Translations under genes and position numbers: made by a program
Assembly: GCF_964204645.1 (NCBI RefSeq)
Contig: NC_134026.1
Span: 12,795,950 to 12,859,949 of the forward strand
Length of the DNA stretch: 64,000 bases
Direction of reading: 5' to 3'
Origin: Tubulanus polymorphus
Lineage: Eukaryota; Animalia; Nemertea
The notes under the pieces: model-generated
Database searches by the model: none
Told to the model about the DNA's origin: nothing
What the model saw: only the letters and a program-made list of their open reading frames with translations
Shown here: positions 24,953-37,825 of the stretch, in pieces
Position numbering within the stretch: position 1 is the stretch's first letter
Layout of the letters: every line of letters starts with the position of its first letter

Positions 24953-26258
24953 TGAAATTAATCTTTGTGGGTGTAAGGTTGGTAGATCTGGTTGTTTCCT
25001 TCAGAATGCATTGATACGCACGCCATGCATGGCTGAGCACTGCCGTGATTTTGAATGGCTCTGATAGTGGACTTGCACCAAAAAAGAAATATAGAATGAT
25101 TGTTCCTTTGGGTACATTTAATGTTTAATGACCAGCTCCCATTTAAGACATTGATTTAAGACATTTCTTGTTTTATTTTTCTGTGGAGAATTGTAAAACC
25201 CATGGTTATCAAAACACCGGCCAACCAGTACGAACCAAGGACTTTAGTGTCCGGAAAGTAACAGATTTTGTGAAATAATGAATTTGATGTATTAAAAATG
25301 ATATGAGGGAAATGAAACCTGGGAGTAATCATTTGAATGGAGGTCGCTCGCGCTATTCAAATGCATGGAATGCGCTGTATCAATCATCGAGTGCGATTTG
25401 GTAAGCAACGCCTTCGCTTCATAGATAGCGCCTTTTTAGTGGAAGTGCCTTTTTGGAGCGATCCGATATGCGTGGTCCCATTGAATATGCCCTAGTTTAG
25501 ACATACGCAGTGAGCTAATTTTTCGTCAAATTTCTTCGCAATTTGGTACAAATTTTGTGAAAATCGACCGAAAATTACCAGATTTATCGACGATTGATTA
25601 AATTATCACTCATATCAGTGCTGTTAATTGGTAAGTTCATTTAAATAAGCATAAGTGAAAAAGCCGGACGTTGCGGTCAATGACGAATATACCATCTTAA
25701 AGTCGTTCATTTGTGCTATTCAAACCTACGATTTGTTACGTGTTGCATTGCGTCGCAAAAAAATTTCGAGCACTTAAAAATGCTTATATACCACCTAGAT
25801 AATGCATAAGTGCAGAGTGTCTTTACTTTATTGAAGAACTATCATGCTATTGTTAATTTTTAAGCAATATGTATCTTAGCCTGTAAGTAGTAGTATTGGA
25901 CTGACTTGTTTTCTTTTTCAAAAGATATATTGTGTATTTTTTTTTTCGTTTAATCAGAATCTATTGATTTTTTTGAAAAACGTAGAAGCGACGCAAATAT
26001 TAACAGCCTGGAAGTGAATATTATGGATGGTTAGTACACTTTAAACAAAATTATCTTTCATACTGGAAATACAATATTTCAAAAATGTTTTGCTAATGAA
26101 TATTTTTTATTTTGGCTTTTAGGTGAACACTCTTGTAGGATCAGGCTTTGCTGGATATGTGGGGTGGATTGCGCATTTTATCGCAGAGAGAGAAAGAACC
26201 AGATAATCACAAAAGGGACACATCAAGGAGATATAATCGCCATATATATTCTGCTACT

Positions 26259-26580
26259 ATAATAATAATAATATGTGTCTTATATAGTGCTAAATCCAGC
26301 CAGGCTGCTCAGAGCGCTTTACATTTTTCGATATTATTACCCCGGCCAATTTTATACTCTAACATGTATCAGTCATCTCTCCCTGGGGAGAAGTAACACC
26401 GAGCTGCTAACAAATGCTCAGGAGTCATCTATCAGGTCAGGTACCCATTTACTCCTGGGTGGAGAGAGGCAATGAGGATAAGCGTCTTGCCCGAGGCCAC
26501 TACGGCAATGTACGGGGTTCGAACCCACGACCTGGCTTCCCAGAGTCGAACGCTCTAACCACTCGGCCACACCGTTCCAC
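26259..26580 (-). mobile_element. tRNA-derived SINE with an L2-like 3' tail
   Basis: A box TGGCCGAGTGG, B box GGTTCGAACCC, central CTCGGGCAAG..CCACCCAGGAGTAAATGGGTACC, tail TGTAAAGCGC..CTATATAA..(TAT)n. Confidence 0.85.
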
Positions 26581-27081
26581 TAAATCTCTACTAAATATAA
26601 TAATAAATCTTTAGCCTCAAGTTGAAGTTCCTCGTATGTGTAGTTTGCTTTGCCTAAAAAGAAAAATTGTTATGATACCTACAATTTAATTACAGGAAAG
26701 AATGAATATTTTATATTATATAGTAAATAAAAACCAAAGTTACTTTCATACTTCTGCTGTTTTGGCCTATTAAAAAATTTAATAGGCCAAAACCCATCAT
26801 GGAAATCCATAGAAGCAAAAACAGTACAAATCTCATTTTCTAATGAGTAATATTTATTTATTATAGCATACCTTTTCGAATTTAACACACATCAATCTTG
26901 ATTTAATCACGTATTCAATATGGCCATTGCAATTATATTCATTTCAAATCTCGAAAAAAGTGATGGTTCAATTCTTTTTGTGACAATAAGTAAGTTGTAC
27001 AAGTTAAAATTCCAAATCTTATACTTTGCTTGTGATAACAAGTAACCTTTAAATCCTAATAGCAAACGGCAGTTTGCTTGA

Positions 27082-27655
27082 TTTTTATGCCCCCAGCTCA
27101 ACTCTAGTTGAGAGGGGGCATATAGATTTACCCCTGTCTGAATACACCGCTGCCGCCGCCGCAATTGACGTAAACAGCCTAGAGGCCGCAATTGTTGACC
27201 GATTGTTTTCAAACTTAGTTCACAAGTAGGCTATCATTTCGGCCAGAACCCCATTTAAAATTAGGTTGATTCGATTCAAATAATGGCCACCAGGGGCCAA
27301 CATGAAAAACGACGTTAACAGCCTAAAGGCCGCAATTATTGACCGAATAATTTCAAACTTGGTACACAAGTAGGATATCACTTGGGCCAGAACCTTATTT
27401 AAAATTCGGTTGATTCGATTCAAATTATGATTCGATTCAAATTATGGCCACCAGGTGGCCAACATGAACAATGACGTTAACGGCCTAGAGGCTGCAATTA
27501 ATGACTGAATCATTTCAAACTAGGTACACAAGTCGGATATCACTTGGGACAAAAGCCTATTTAAGATAGGGTTGATTCAACTCAAATTATTGCCACCAGG
27601 GGGCCGACATGAAAAATGACATTAACAGCATAGAGGCCGCAATTGTTGACTGATT
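27082..27655 (+). repeat. Helentron-like element head with about 140-bp tandem units
   Basis: tttttatgcccccagctcaact..agttgagagggggcata hairpin, then 3-4 copies of aacagcctagaggccgcaatt..ttcaaactt..ggccaccaggggcc. Confidence 0.7.
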
Positions 27656-30344
27656 TTTTAGCCCACTTGGGACTCACTTGCGTTCACTTTTCGTCCGTTG
27701 ACTTTTCGTCCGTCCATTCGTTCGTTCGTACGTCTAGTGGACGGAATCCAGTTACTTTTGGGAAGTTTTGAAGACGCCTCAATGTAATGTCTTGGTATTT
27801 GGGTTACAAATGCATCTACCCAAGACGCATCTTCAGCCCAAGAACTGGCCCTGTCAGATTCAAGATGGCCAACTGGCAGCCATTGTTGTTTGCCAAAATC
27901 ACTTTTTACACATTTTTGAACTTTTTGAGGAAAATTTTGAAGACGCTTTGATCAATTACCTTGATGTGTCGTATGTATTTGATTCCCCCAAGGGTCCATC
28001 AGCTTAAGAAAAATTGGGTCGATCGGATCAAGATCAAGATCAAGATGGCCGTCCTATGACCTTTTTCGTGCCCAAAATCTCAATTTTGGTCGAATTCTGA
28101 GTTCTGTAGCTTCCTACTGGTTTGCCATTTCTCATTGCAATTTGTGATGGGTATTCTTTGGAAATGGAAATTTTATACATGAGACAGGTTTTTTTGATCA
28201 GCCAATTATGACACAATTTGCGGCCATTTTGGTGTCATCAGTACTGATTCGTAGGTGGGAAAAAGTTTTTCCACATTATATTGATACCTAAGCATATTGT
28301 GTTACCACAATCTACGAGCAATTATCTCACTGGAGGAAGCTCGCCCTATATCAGTGTACTACACACTGGTACGATCAGTAACGCTGTCAATCATACAGTC
28401 AGGGGTGTTTGGGATTCGACATCGCTGGACAGCAGTGCTGCGCGTTGATTCTAAAAGCAATCCATTGAGGTAGTTTTAAGATGACGTAGCCAACTGACGC
28501 ATGCGTATTTTGCACCAGAATGACCGCGCTTACGAAATCCACAGCTCAGTGAAAACATTTTGAAAATCGGTTGATAATTAAGATTTTTACGATATTATTG
28601 GATCTCCAGAGATTTTTAGTAAGTTCTGCAATAAATATATTTTATAAATCACATATTTTATATGTTCCTGACAGTTCCTGTGAATGAAGTATGCAGTTTT
28701 AAGTATGAAGTGTTGATGAATGCTGGGATGACATTCCGATGAATGCGGAATTAGGGTAAAATGCTGCAAAATCTTACAAAAATACAATACATTCACCTCA
28801 AATATGGCCGATCATCATTTCGACTGATTTTTTTCTAGAAATGGTGATCACATAGGTAAATAGTTGGTGTATCTTCTTAACAGAAATTGATTAGAAACTG
28901 CATGGACACTGTTTATTTACTACAGAAATTCAGAAAAATATATCCTTAGAATACATCAATCACGGACAACCAACTCCACAGTTTTTCATCGACAAAGTTG
29001 TATGAAACATTGTCGTTCTTTCCAATTTCACATGATGTCATTGAATGTTTTGTTGGTGTACTAAACAAATATAAGTTATCTCGAAAATTAAAACAGAAAT
29101 ATACTGAAAATTGTCTTGATGCAATACATGTACACAACATGGAAATATTAGATTAAAAATATGAAAGAGTAGTTACCTCTATTATACCTTTATAAAAGAT
29201 GAAAATTACTTCTTGGACCATGAAATACTTTATTTTGTAATTTGTACATATACTGAGTTTTGATATTCTATAGTCTGGCTCATTTTATCCATGTCTGTTG
29301 AGGTGAATACATCACACCCAAAAATCCGAACAATAGGCTCATCAATTAGCCCTGCCCCGACTAGTCAGCCATCCAAGACCAATCTTTCGGCATTTTTGGG
29401 TAGAGCTTGGCACCCAGGCTTAAATGAAAGGTGAGACTCCCCTCACCCTGAAACAGCTGTCTGCCGCTCTGTGATTTTTCACTTTCGGCCTATAGGGGGC
29501 GCTAAATACGGGGTATTCGTTAAGAAGGAAAATCGTCAAATATATTGCAAATTTACGTGAGGCGTGACGACGCCAACTGAAGAGTTAAAAAGTTGTTGAC
29601 CTTTTACACGTCAGCAGAGTATGGTTTCATATATATACGCTTATGCATGAATCGTTCACGATATGTTTTGTCAAACCCAGGAATCCAACGTTTAAAATCA
29701 TATATTGTTGGCTGTTGCCTAGCGACCTAATTTTTGCGCTGTTCACAGGGCTGAAAGTTAAGTTTCTGTTAATGCAAAGACACGGGAATTATATTTATCA
29801 GTTTTAGTTAACCAAATAATACCATAATTCATTTATAGAGACTGCCCGTGTTCCATATGACGAATCATAATGACCATCATTGTTGAAACGCCGTTGCTAT
29901 GACACCATAGATTTGGATGTCTCCATCCTTTCAATTAATGGATAAATGGATAACCGACACTCCTGTTGCTGTGAGACATCAACATCAAACAAACTCCGTT
30001 ACCATGGAAGCACATACTGTTAAAGGTTGTACTCCAACATTGTTGACTGTCTCCATGGTAACCAAGGCGGCAAATGCATGAAAATGCCTATGAAATGATT
30101 TTGGTTACGGTCCGATCTTGAGTTGTCACAGAAAAGTGATACTGGTATCGATTCCTATGTTTTTGGGGTCGCTCTACCCGTTTTTGGGTAGAGAAAAAAG
30201 CTACAATCAACTTATCACCAGGTTTTTAAATCTAGATAATCAAGTAATCTAAAATATTCATTTCTGCATGGGAAAAAAAGGATAAAATATCTTAAGTCGG
30301 TCAGAATAAATTCATGTTTTTATATTGCATAATATCTAAATCGT

Positions 30345-33300
30345 TTAGCACAAACCGTGACAAAGACATAATTTGATGCACCTTTTTCCCAATTTCTTAC
30401 ATTTACACAATTTTTTACAACCCTTTGTGCATTTACAAGTGACTATCTCATCATAATTTGTTGGTATAGCCTCGATGAATCTGTGAACAATAGTCAGTCG
30501 CCCATTATCAAGCGCCCAACCACCTGAATCTTTAGGCTCTCCAATAGGATTTACTCTATCAGCTGATAACCAAACTTTACATTGATAATTTGCTCTCAAG
30601 TAGTGAAGGTTCAGTGCATCTCTTGTAGGTGATAGTGCCGTTAGTTCCTTCGATTTTCTCTGTACAGTTCAACACATGCTGCATTCACTTCCGTACAATC
30701 TACAGATAAATCTCTCAATTTCATCTACCGTAAAAACCGGCGTATAAGTCTACACGGCGTATAAGTCGAGGTCGATTTTTAGACCTACATTTCATGATTT
30801 TAACATATATCCGGCTTATAAGTCGAGTCCCTTCTCTTAGAAGAATAATTACTAGTATCATTGTATTGAATAGTTTGTTTTGATAAGGATGTGTGCCTTC
30901 ACGCACGCCGCCACGCGTCAGCCTGATTGCTGCTGTGTGTTAATCAATAGACTGTTACACACACTCAGGTATAATACACTACCATACAGTGATACAGTAG
31001 TGTGAGTCACACGCTATATATAGCCTAATGTATTAAGCGCTGCTATGAGCGCGCATATATGAATACATGGTTTTAAATGAAGCTGTGTCAAAATGAAAGA
31101 AGTTTTTTTCATTAAATAACTTTATTTATCATGAATAATTATTCAAACTGTTATAGCAGTAAGAAGATGAACACTGTCTTTTTTGTCTGGTAGAATCAAT
31201 ATTTCTTGTGACCTGAAAATACTTCGTAGAAAACTGTACTCGGCGTATAAGTCGAGGTCAATAATTTAGTGGTAAAATCAGGGGTTAAAAACTCGACGTA
31301 TACACCGGTTTTTACGGTAAATTACCGTCCCTACCAACGCCTTCAAGAAGCTGCGATGAGGCCTTGAAGATATCCCAAGCAGTTTTCTTGCCTATTCCTG
31401 TCAGCGAACTTGTTGTGTCGGTACTGGTAAGGGCATGCCATCCGAGGATATTGGTCAGGATGTTATCATTGATTGATGCTCTTAGTTTCTCAATCACATA
31501 AACTTTGTTTCGACTGATCATTACCGCATCGATGTCTTTAGCAAAATGTAGCAAGAGAAGCAGAACATCCATATCATCAGCCAATACCACCACTCTAGTT
31601 GCATCTATAAATAAAAATAGACAGATAAATATCGACATAACATGATACATGTAAGCAGCTTTACAAATGTGAAAAATCAAAATATTGATGCTGAGGTATA
31701 TGCAATTTCAAGCCAGGAAGTTGGGATAGGTTGTTGATTATCGAAAAAAGCAATGATATTTTACTTGCCATTTTTCACTGCATGAAACATGTGAAATATG
31801 ATCCTGGTGTCAGCTTCCTCATGTAAGCATTCCAACGCAGCCATTTCCCCGGCGAATGACGAGGTGGGGTTCCTTCTTCCTCCACTGGTAATTATATTTA
31901 CTTCGTGTTCCGATTTAATCATATGCTGACGAAGGAAATCTACCAAGTCTGCCTTGTTTTCCTCGCATTTGATGAAAGCTTTCCAGACCTAAAAATTTAC
32001 ATTGAAGATTACCAGTACTATCTTGATAGAAATGCAATTAATCAAAATTGAAATTTCGAAAATGAAATTTATTAATGATATTCTACTTTTGTAAAAGGTG
32101 TTTTCTCTGTTATTAATTGTCGTACTCCAGGTGTGTTTATCTTTTTAGACCTCTTCTCTCTAGTAACTCTCTTCATTGATGTTTCTCCATAATATCTATC
32201 AAACAACATCGATCTGGAATGTATCATCAAGCTTCTGACGGTAAACCTGAATATGATAAGAAGTACGCATTTAGAAAGGGAGCTTTGTGGTTAGGGCAAT
32301 AGGTGAATAGACACTCTCGTCTGGTCTCTAAGTGAGGTGACCCCACGATATCTCATTTCATAAAATGAAAACTGACTATCCATCGGTGTTACCTTTTGAC
32401 GGAATAATTCTGCATAATCTCCAAATGTGGTACACAGTTTCGATGGACTGCCAATTTTTTGAATCATTGCACATCCATCAATTATCACTACTGATTTTCC
32501 AGTCAGCTTTCATTTAGTCATGATCTATCATACACATCAACAGAGCCTTCCTTCGCCAGGATATTAACAATCATACTTTTTGACGTCTGTCTTATATCCC
32601 CACAGTGGGTGGTTAGTGCAGGTGGAAATTCTGCCAATTCATGCTTGAGAATATATGCCATGTCTACGTCACGACCATTCTGTGAAGCGATAAATAGTTT
32701 CCGCAAGAACTTAGCAGAATCAGAATCTAATTTGTACTTTTTGGTAGTCTTTGGCTTTTCTACAGGAGCATCGTATAGATTTTTGAATGTCTGTGCCTTC
32801 TGTTGTGGGATTGGATGAAAGAAATCAGTTGATTTGTCCATAAGTCGATTAGTTATCACTGCCTCGACATGTTTTCTACCCAACTGTGATGCGGAAAGAA
32901 GATCCTTCGTTATCTTAACTGTGGCAACTTCGTTGGTTACGATAGATCTAGGAAGTCCCGATGGAGCACTTTCAAAGACCTTCAAAAAAAATAAAATGTG
33001 ATCATAATTGAGCACATCATGTACGAGCGTATCGAATTAGAAATCTCACATTGAAATCGGTAGTATACTTACTCTAAAACTATTAAGGAGACTGAGTTTT
33101 TCGATTGCTGCTTTGTCGCTGGATACTCTACGAGGCAATGCCTCCTTTCGTGTAGTAATATTACTGTCTGAATCTGCATCTGCCAAACCTAACAACATCT
33201 TTGTCTCTTGCATTATTTGTGATTTAGTCGCCCACGTGATGCAGAATCGATTTCTTGCTTTTTCATCTAGAATGATAATGTATGGTGGTTGAGAGCCTGT

Positions 33301-33840
33301 CACTGAAATTAGTTTATTAAACCACTTTCCCCAGACTTAACGGGATCTGAAAAGTATCTTACTAAAAATGTAAACAAACATTTAGAAGAATGTGACCCCC
33401 ATTGCAACTGAGTGTGCAAAAATTCCTAGTTTTCAACCAACCTGTAGAAACCCCGATAATTCCATTCGCCAATTTACAGATCCTGTTCATCCATTCCGTC
33501 GCTGGATCAAACGAGACTTGATTGAAGCTGGTGGCACTCCTCTTTGCAACAAAATTTCCCATGACAAATTCTCTGAAGAAAAGATGAAAAATTGAAGTGC
33601 ATTTTACAAAAAGTAGGAGTATAGATCCTGTATTAATATCTCTACGTATTATTACAGAGGAATTCTCAATAGTAGATGTGTATGCGGCCACATCTAGCCA
33701 CTTTAAAGAAATATTTTGTTGGACATAATGGCTGCAATATTTCTGTATTACCTACCGATAAACAGTTGGTGCTGTTTCTTCCACGTCTTTCATCTGAGCC
33801 AGATATACCCCAGCGTGTGTAGTTTGTATGGTCGTAGACA
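30345..33840 (-). pseudogene. Academ-type transposase/XPG-nuclease/Cys-rich protein, 3' half, intron-containing
   Basis: YDHTNYTRW, EFVMGNF, HELAEFPPAL, IIDG, HEEADTR, DDMDVLLLL, HALTSTDTTS..GIGKK, LSPTRDALNLH..RANYQ..W and a terminal Cys cluster, in the expected order across exon-sized ORFs. Confidence 0.8.
30728..31317. mobile_element. Tigger/pogo-like MITE with TA TSD, inserted in Academ coding sequence
   Basis: ta|CCGTAAAAACCGGCGTATA ... TATACACCGGTTTTTACGG|ta; removal restores GRDGNLDEIER. Confidence 0.88.
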
Positions 33841-34030
33841 GTTTGATTGACAGCGTTACTGATCTTGTGTACAGAGATATAGGGCGAGCTTCCTCATGTT
33901 AGATAATTGCTCGTAGCCACAATCAATGGGAAAGTTGCAGCTCATAATGTGTTCTATGATTTTGGTGTGTTTCAAGGTCAATTGGTTTTTGTATATGGCC
34001 ACCAGGGGGCGTTGAATAATACAATAACTT

Positions 34031-35757
34031 CATCATCATCATCATCATCATCATCATGTTGAGGCCTTTTGATGTCCGGCTCGTTTGGTAATTTACATAA
34101 ATTTAGGTGATATTTAAAATATTTCTCGATGCTCATAGTTTGATCTGCACCTAGCCCATCTTAAAGATGCGTGTTAAATGTTCTTTAGATCAGTTAGAAT
34201 GGTTAGAATTATTGTAACATTACATGACTAGTTAAAAATATTGATATCAATAATCTATCGGTATCATTTCGAGTTTAGATTTTAAAGAATAATAAAGTTA
34301 TCTATATATCGTTAATAAGTTCTAATAGTTTTTTAGAGAAAGACTTTTGAGATAGTTATCAATACTCAAGTTATCTAAATAAGTTTTTCTCAGTTATTTC
34401 CACATTGATAAAAAATGTGATATCAATATTTAGATATAGCATGAATATTATAAATAGTGTCGTTTTTGATATATTGTTCTGTTCCGGTACACATCCATGC
34501 TGTAGTTGGGTTCCACTCTTCTTCTTGACATGCTGTTGTTGCTCCTTTTTTTTTCTGTTCTTAGCTAATTGGATCCCGTTGAGTGTTGCAGGTTCGATCC
34601 TTTTTAATTTTATATAATTCTCTACGCATTGAACCCGATCATTTACATTGGTAAATATCACTCTTATGGGACGTGGTCTCGTTTGATTTTTATTGCCAAT
34701 TCTTCTGATGTCTCTTAAGTTGGCTGCACCAAGTTTAATGATACCATTTAGAAATCTTTCCACCCGAGAAGTGTCGTCACAAATAATCTTATTATCTGAT
34801 TCAGGTATGTTATATATGATAATGTGTGACCGTCTCTCATCATTTGAAGAGCTATTTGAAACACTGATTTCCTCTGTCAATGTTTTTGTTGAAGTGTTAA
34901 ATCCAGCTTCCATTTTATGGGTAGATTTCTTGAAGACCATATTTTCACTCTCAATCTGCTTAATTTGATTTGAAAGAATATCGAGATTTTTTGAGTTCGT
35001 ATCCAATAGTCTACTATGAGTCTCGATTTTTTCTCTGATGTCAGCTATGCATTTATTTGTTTTATAGCTTTCTTTTGCAGAAACTTCTTGATGTATTTTG
35101 GTAATCCGGGATTCTAAAATTTCTATAGCGTTAAAGAATATTTCTCTCATGTTCTTTATCTCCAATTTAATGGTCTCCATCTCTTGAAATTTCTGCTCAG
35201 TTTGAAAATCAGTCAAACATCGACTACACAGATATTTAACCGGCAGATTCTCTGCATTTTCAGCTGCGTTGGAGCAGTTATTACAAATTGACTGACCGCA
35301 CTTGGAACACTGGACGATCTCGTTTTCAAAATTAAACAGACGGTTACATTTAGAGCACGGTTCATAGTTTTCCCATTCATCATCTTCTAGTGTTGAATCA
35401 AGATCACTGTCCAGTTCTGCTAGACTCTCAGCAAACTTCAGAGCTTCTTCATGAATTTGCTCTTTTTTGTCACAGCCCTTTACCTTTGTTGCCATGGTTT
35501 CCCTTGTCTGAAATGGTTGCTGACTGGTGGTTGCTAAGTTGCTTGGATGATTTCCCACAGATTTCACTTTTAAAACACTCACAGATTTTCTTAGGGAAGA
35601 TCGTAGTTGTTGAAGCAATATTCAGAAGAATCCCTGTGTATTATTTAACATTGTCCTGCTAAGTTAGATGGCTGGAAGATGTTGTTTCTGTTAAATATGT
35701 AGAAGTTACATGGAGCTTAGATGTTCATTCTTCCTTCCATCCCCATGGTCACTAGGC
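34031..35757 (-). mobile_element. Non-LTR retroelement carrying only ORF1, with a (TGA)n tail
   Basis: (cat)n at 34031-34056 is the 3' tail; flanked by aactt/aactt inside the 140-bp host repeat; no RT or endonuclease motifs seen. Confidence 0.7.
34371..35618 (-). CDS. CR1/L2-type LINE ORF1 protein (PHD-like finger, coiled coil, RRM-like domain)
   Basis: CSKC..CSKC..CNNC..CSRC finger, heptad-rich region, ERRSHIIIYNIPES and RRIG...RPRPIRVIF motifs; open for 415 aa. Confidence 0.8.
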   Translation of the reverse strand: MLQQLRSSLRKSVSVLKVKSVGNHPSNLATTSQQPFQTRETMATKVKGCDKKEQIHEEALKFAESLAELDSDLDSTLEDDEWENYEPCSKCNRLFNFENEIVQCSKCGQSICNNCSNAAENAENLPVKYLCSRCLTDFQTEQKFQEMETIKLEIKNMREIFFNAIEILESRITKIHQEVSAKESYKTNKCIADIREKIETHSRLLDTNSKNLDILSNQIKQIESENMVFKKSTHKMEAGFNTSTKTLTEEISVSNSSSNDERRSHIIIYNIPESDNKIICDDTSRVERFLNGIIKLGAANLRDIRRIGNKNQTRPRPIRVIFTNVNDRVQCVENYIKLKRIEPATLNGIQLAKNRKKKEQQQHVKKKSGTQLQHGCVPEQNNISKTTLFIIFMLYLNIDITFFINVEITEKNLFR

Positions 35758-36469
35758 AACTTAGTATTTCTATGTTATATTTGTACCTATGCATATTTTG
35801 TTATCACAATCAATTAAAAAATTGTATCTGCTGACATGTTCTTTGATTTTGGTGAGTTTCAAGGTCATTAGTTTTGTATATGGTCACCAGGGGGCGTTGA
35901 ATATTGAAGTTGTTAGATTGTTGAGCATTTGAAACCACTTTCCAAGTGGGCATGGTGTCCCTGGACCCTTAGTTTATTGAAATAAATATGTAATACTACT
36001 GATGTTGAAATTTTTGGGTAAGCAGGTCCATTACGTTAGCAAACGTTGGAGCCTGGCTATCTTGTAGTTAGTTTACAACACTGATGATTTTGATATCTTT
36101 AATACTCAGTGCACGACGCGTGTTGATTGCATTGTCAGCAATAACGCATTAACCGTTAACCATTTATGTATCGATTACGTGTAGTAATAGATAACGCTTC
36201 CCACGCTTTACTATTAAAAGCTATCATGAATGAAACTATTGAAAGCCACATTCATTCAGTTGATGAACTTGATTTCAACAGTAACCGGCCATCCTGGTTT
36301 AATATATGTACTGCCCTGAAATTGAAAAAGTTATATAGCAGCTTCTGATTTTGTTTGTCCCGAGTAGTTTATGTTCAAGTTTTAGTTGTTTTATGTCATT
36401 GTCTCACGGGATCAAAATTGTCAAGTCCAAAATGCCCATAATTAATCTTGCGTTTCTGGTGTTCTTCCG

Positions 36470-36735
36470 CTGTTTTCCTGTTCCACTTGGTCAATCGTAA
36501 GACTAGCTATAGGCCCTCAGGGTACAGCTAGCAGTTGGCCTTAAGGTGTCTGTGAACTGCTTCAGGACACTCTTGTTTAATCATGGATGTGAAGCTTGCA
36601 CCCCATGGACTGCATGGTGTTTGGCCTATATCATGGGTTCTTGGCGATTGTGCCGAGAGCAGACTGTATCCAGTGGCCATGGTAAGTATACTTACTGACG
36701 TTTTACCTTGATAGTATGGATTTAACATGTACTGC
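36470..36735. repeat. Dispersed repeat
   Basis: Matches 42798-43040 (ctgttccacttggtc...ggatgtgaagcttg...gagagcagactgtatcc). Confidence 0.8.
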
Positions 36736-37659
36736 ATCAACACAGTTATTTCCTCTCACTTTTCTAGTTCTGAGTCAACACGTAAACCCATCATGGAAAG
36801 TTTCTTTCTGGTTTACACTTAGTACACATGTTCTCTAATATCATTCTTATAGAAATAATTGTGGCCATGATATTTTTAACGTATTTACAACAAACCCTGT
36901 AACTTCACGTGGCAGTGAATTTCAGGCCGAGGGCATACAAGGCTTTACCTCATTCTAGTTCTTTCTATCTCAAACAATTAAGTTCTAAAGCAAAATTGTT
37001 CAAATATTATTGTTGTTACTGTTACATTGTGACGACAAATAACTTGACATTACGAGGTGTAAATGTAATGTTTATTTTTTATCAATAAAGTTTTAATAAG
37101 TTGTACAATTGAGTACCTCACTTTCTCTGAGTTTTTGCTGTGGCTTTAATTAGTGTGCTGTTAAGAGGCATTCGGTGATGTGAAATATGAAAAAGGAGTT
37201 AACGGATAGAGCATCAAACATTAATCTACAAGGGAATTACTAGTGGAGTTCTAGCTCTTGATGAAATTAAGCCCAGAAAACACATTTCGGGACTGTCTAT
37301 TTAGTTTACTTTTTTCCTCAAAATAGTGAAGTCCTTCTCACTGTCCTGTTCTCCTGTGATATCTTCATGGAAAGACAACATGATCTGCTTGTAAAAGCTA
37401 AACCACTATCATTATCAAATCACTTGTATTAAGTTTTTTTCGTTGTAACAATCAGCAGTAGTAACTACGATATTCCATGAACGGTTTCATAAAGTTTAGT
37501 CTTAGTCTTTAAGCCAAGCCCCATGTTAAAGAGATCCGAGTTAGGCAAGTTATACTGTTTTTTCCATGTCTAATGATTCTCTAATGACTCTCCTTTGCCC
37601 TAATGAAATGCATGCTGAGCTAGCCACTGTACTAATTGGTCCATTTATTTCTATTCCAG

Positions 37660-37815
37660 GGACAAGAAATGGGTTCAATCTGAAAATATGGGGGCATTTC
37701 TTAGTGTTGCAAATGGTTCGAATGAACCATTGAAGTTTTTAGAGCTTTCATACAATGGTACAAGAGAAACGTCCAGATCATTTGCTCTCGTTGGAAAAGG
37801 TATTACATTTGATAG
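37660..37815 (+). CDS. LAP3: LAP3-like exon (catalytic domain)
   Basis: attccag| ... |gtatgt; DKKWVQSENMGAFLSVANGSNEPLKFLELSY...LVGKGITFDS, carrying the metal-binding K and D. Confidence 0.95.
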
Positions 37816-37825
37816 GTATGTATAT

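Larger units (their letters stand above)
28312..33916. mobile_element. Composite DNA transposon with about 80-bp imperfect TIRs and a 7-bp TSD
   Basis: TIRs CTACGAGCAATTATCT..GAGGAAGCTCGCCCTATATC..GATCAGTAACGCTGTCAATC (28312-28400 and 33837-33916); ccacaat on both sides; host repeat is restored on removal. Confidence 0.9.

Noticed and set aside
26505-26580. Possible tRNA gene
   Set aside because: A and B boxes run into a SINE body and tail, and there is no proper acceptor stem. The same applies to 62228-62310.
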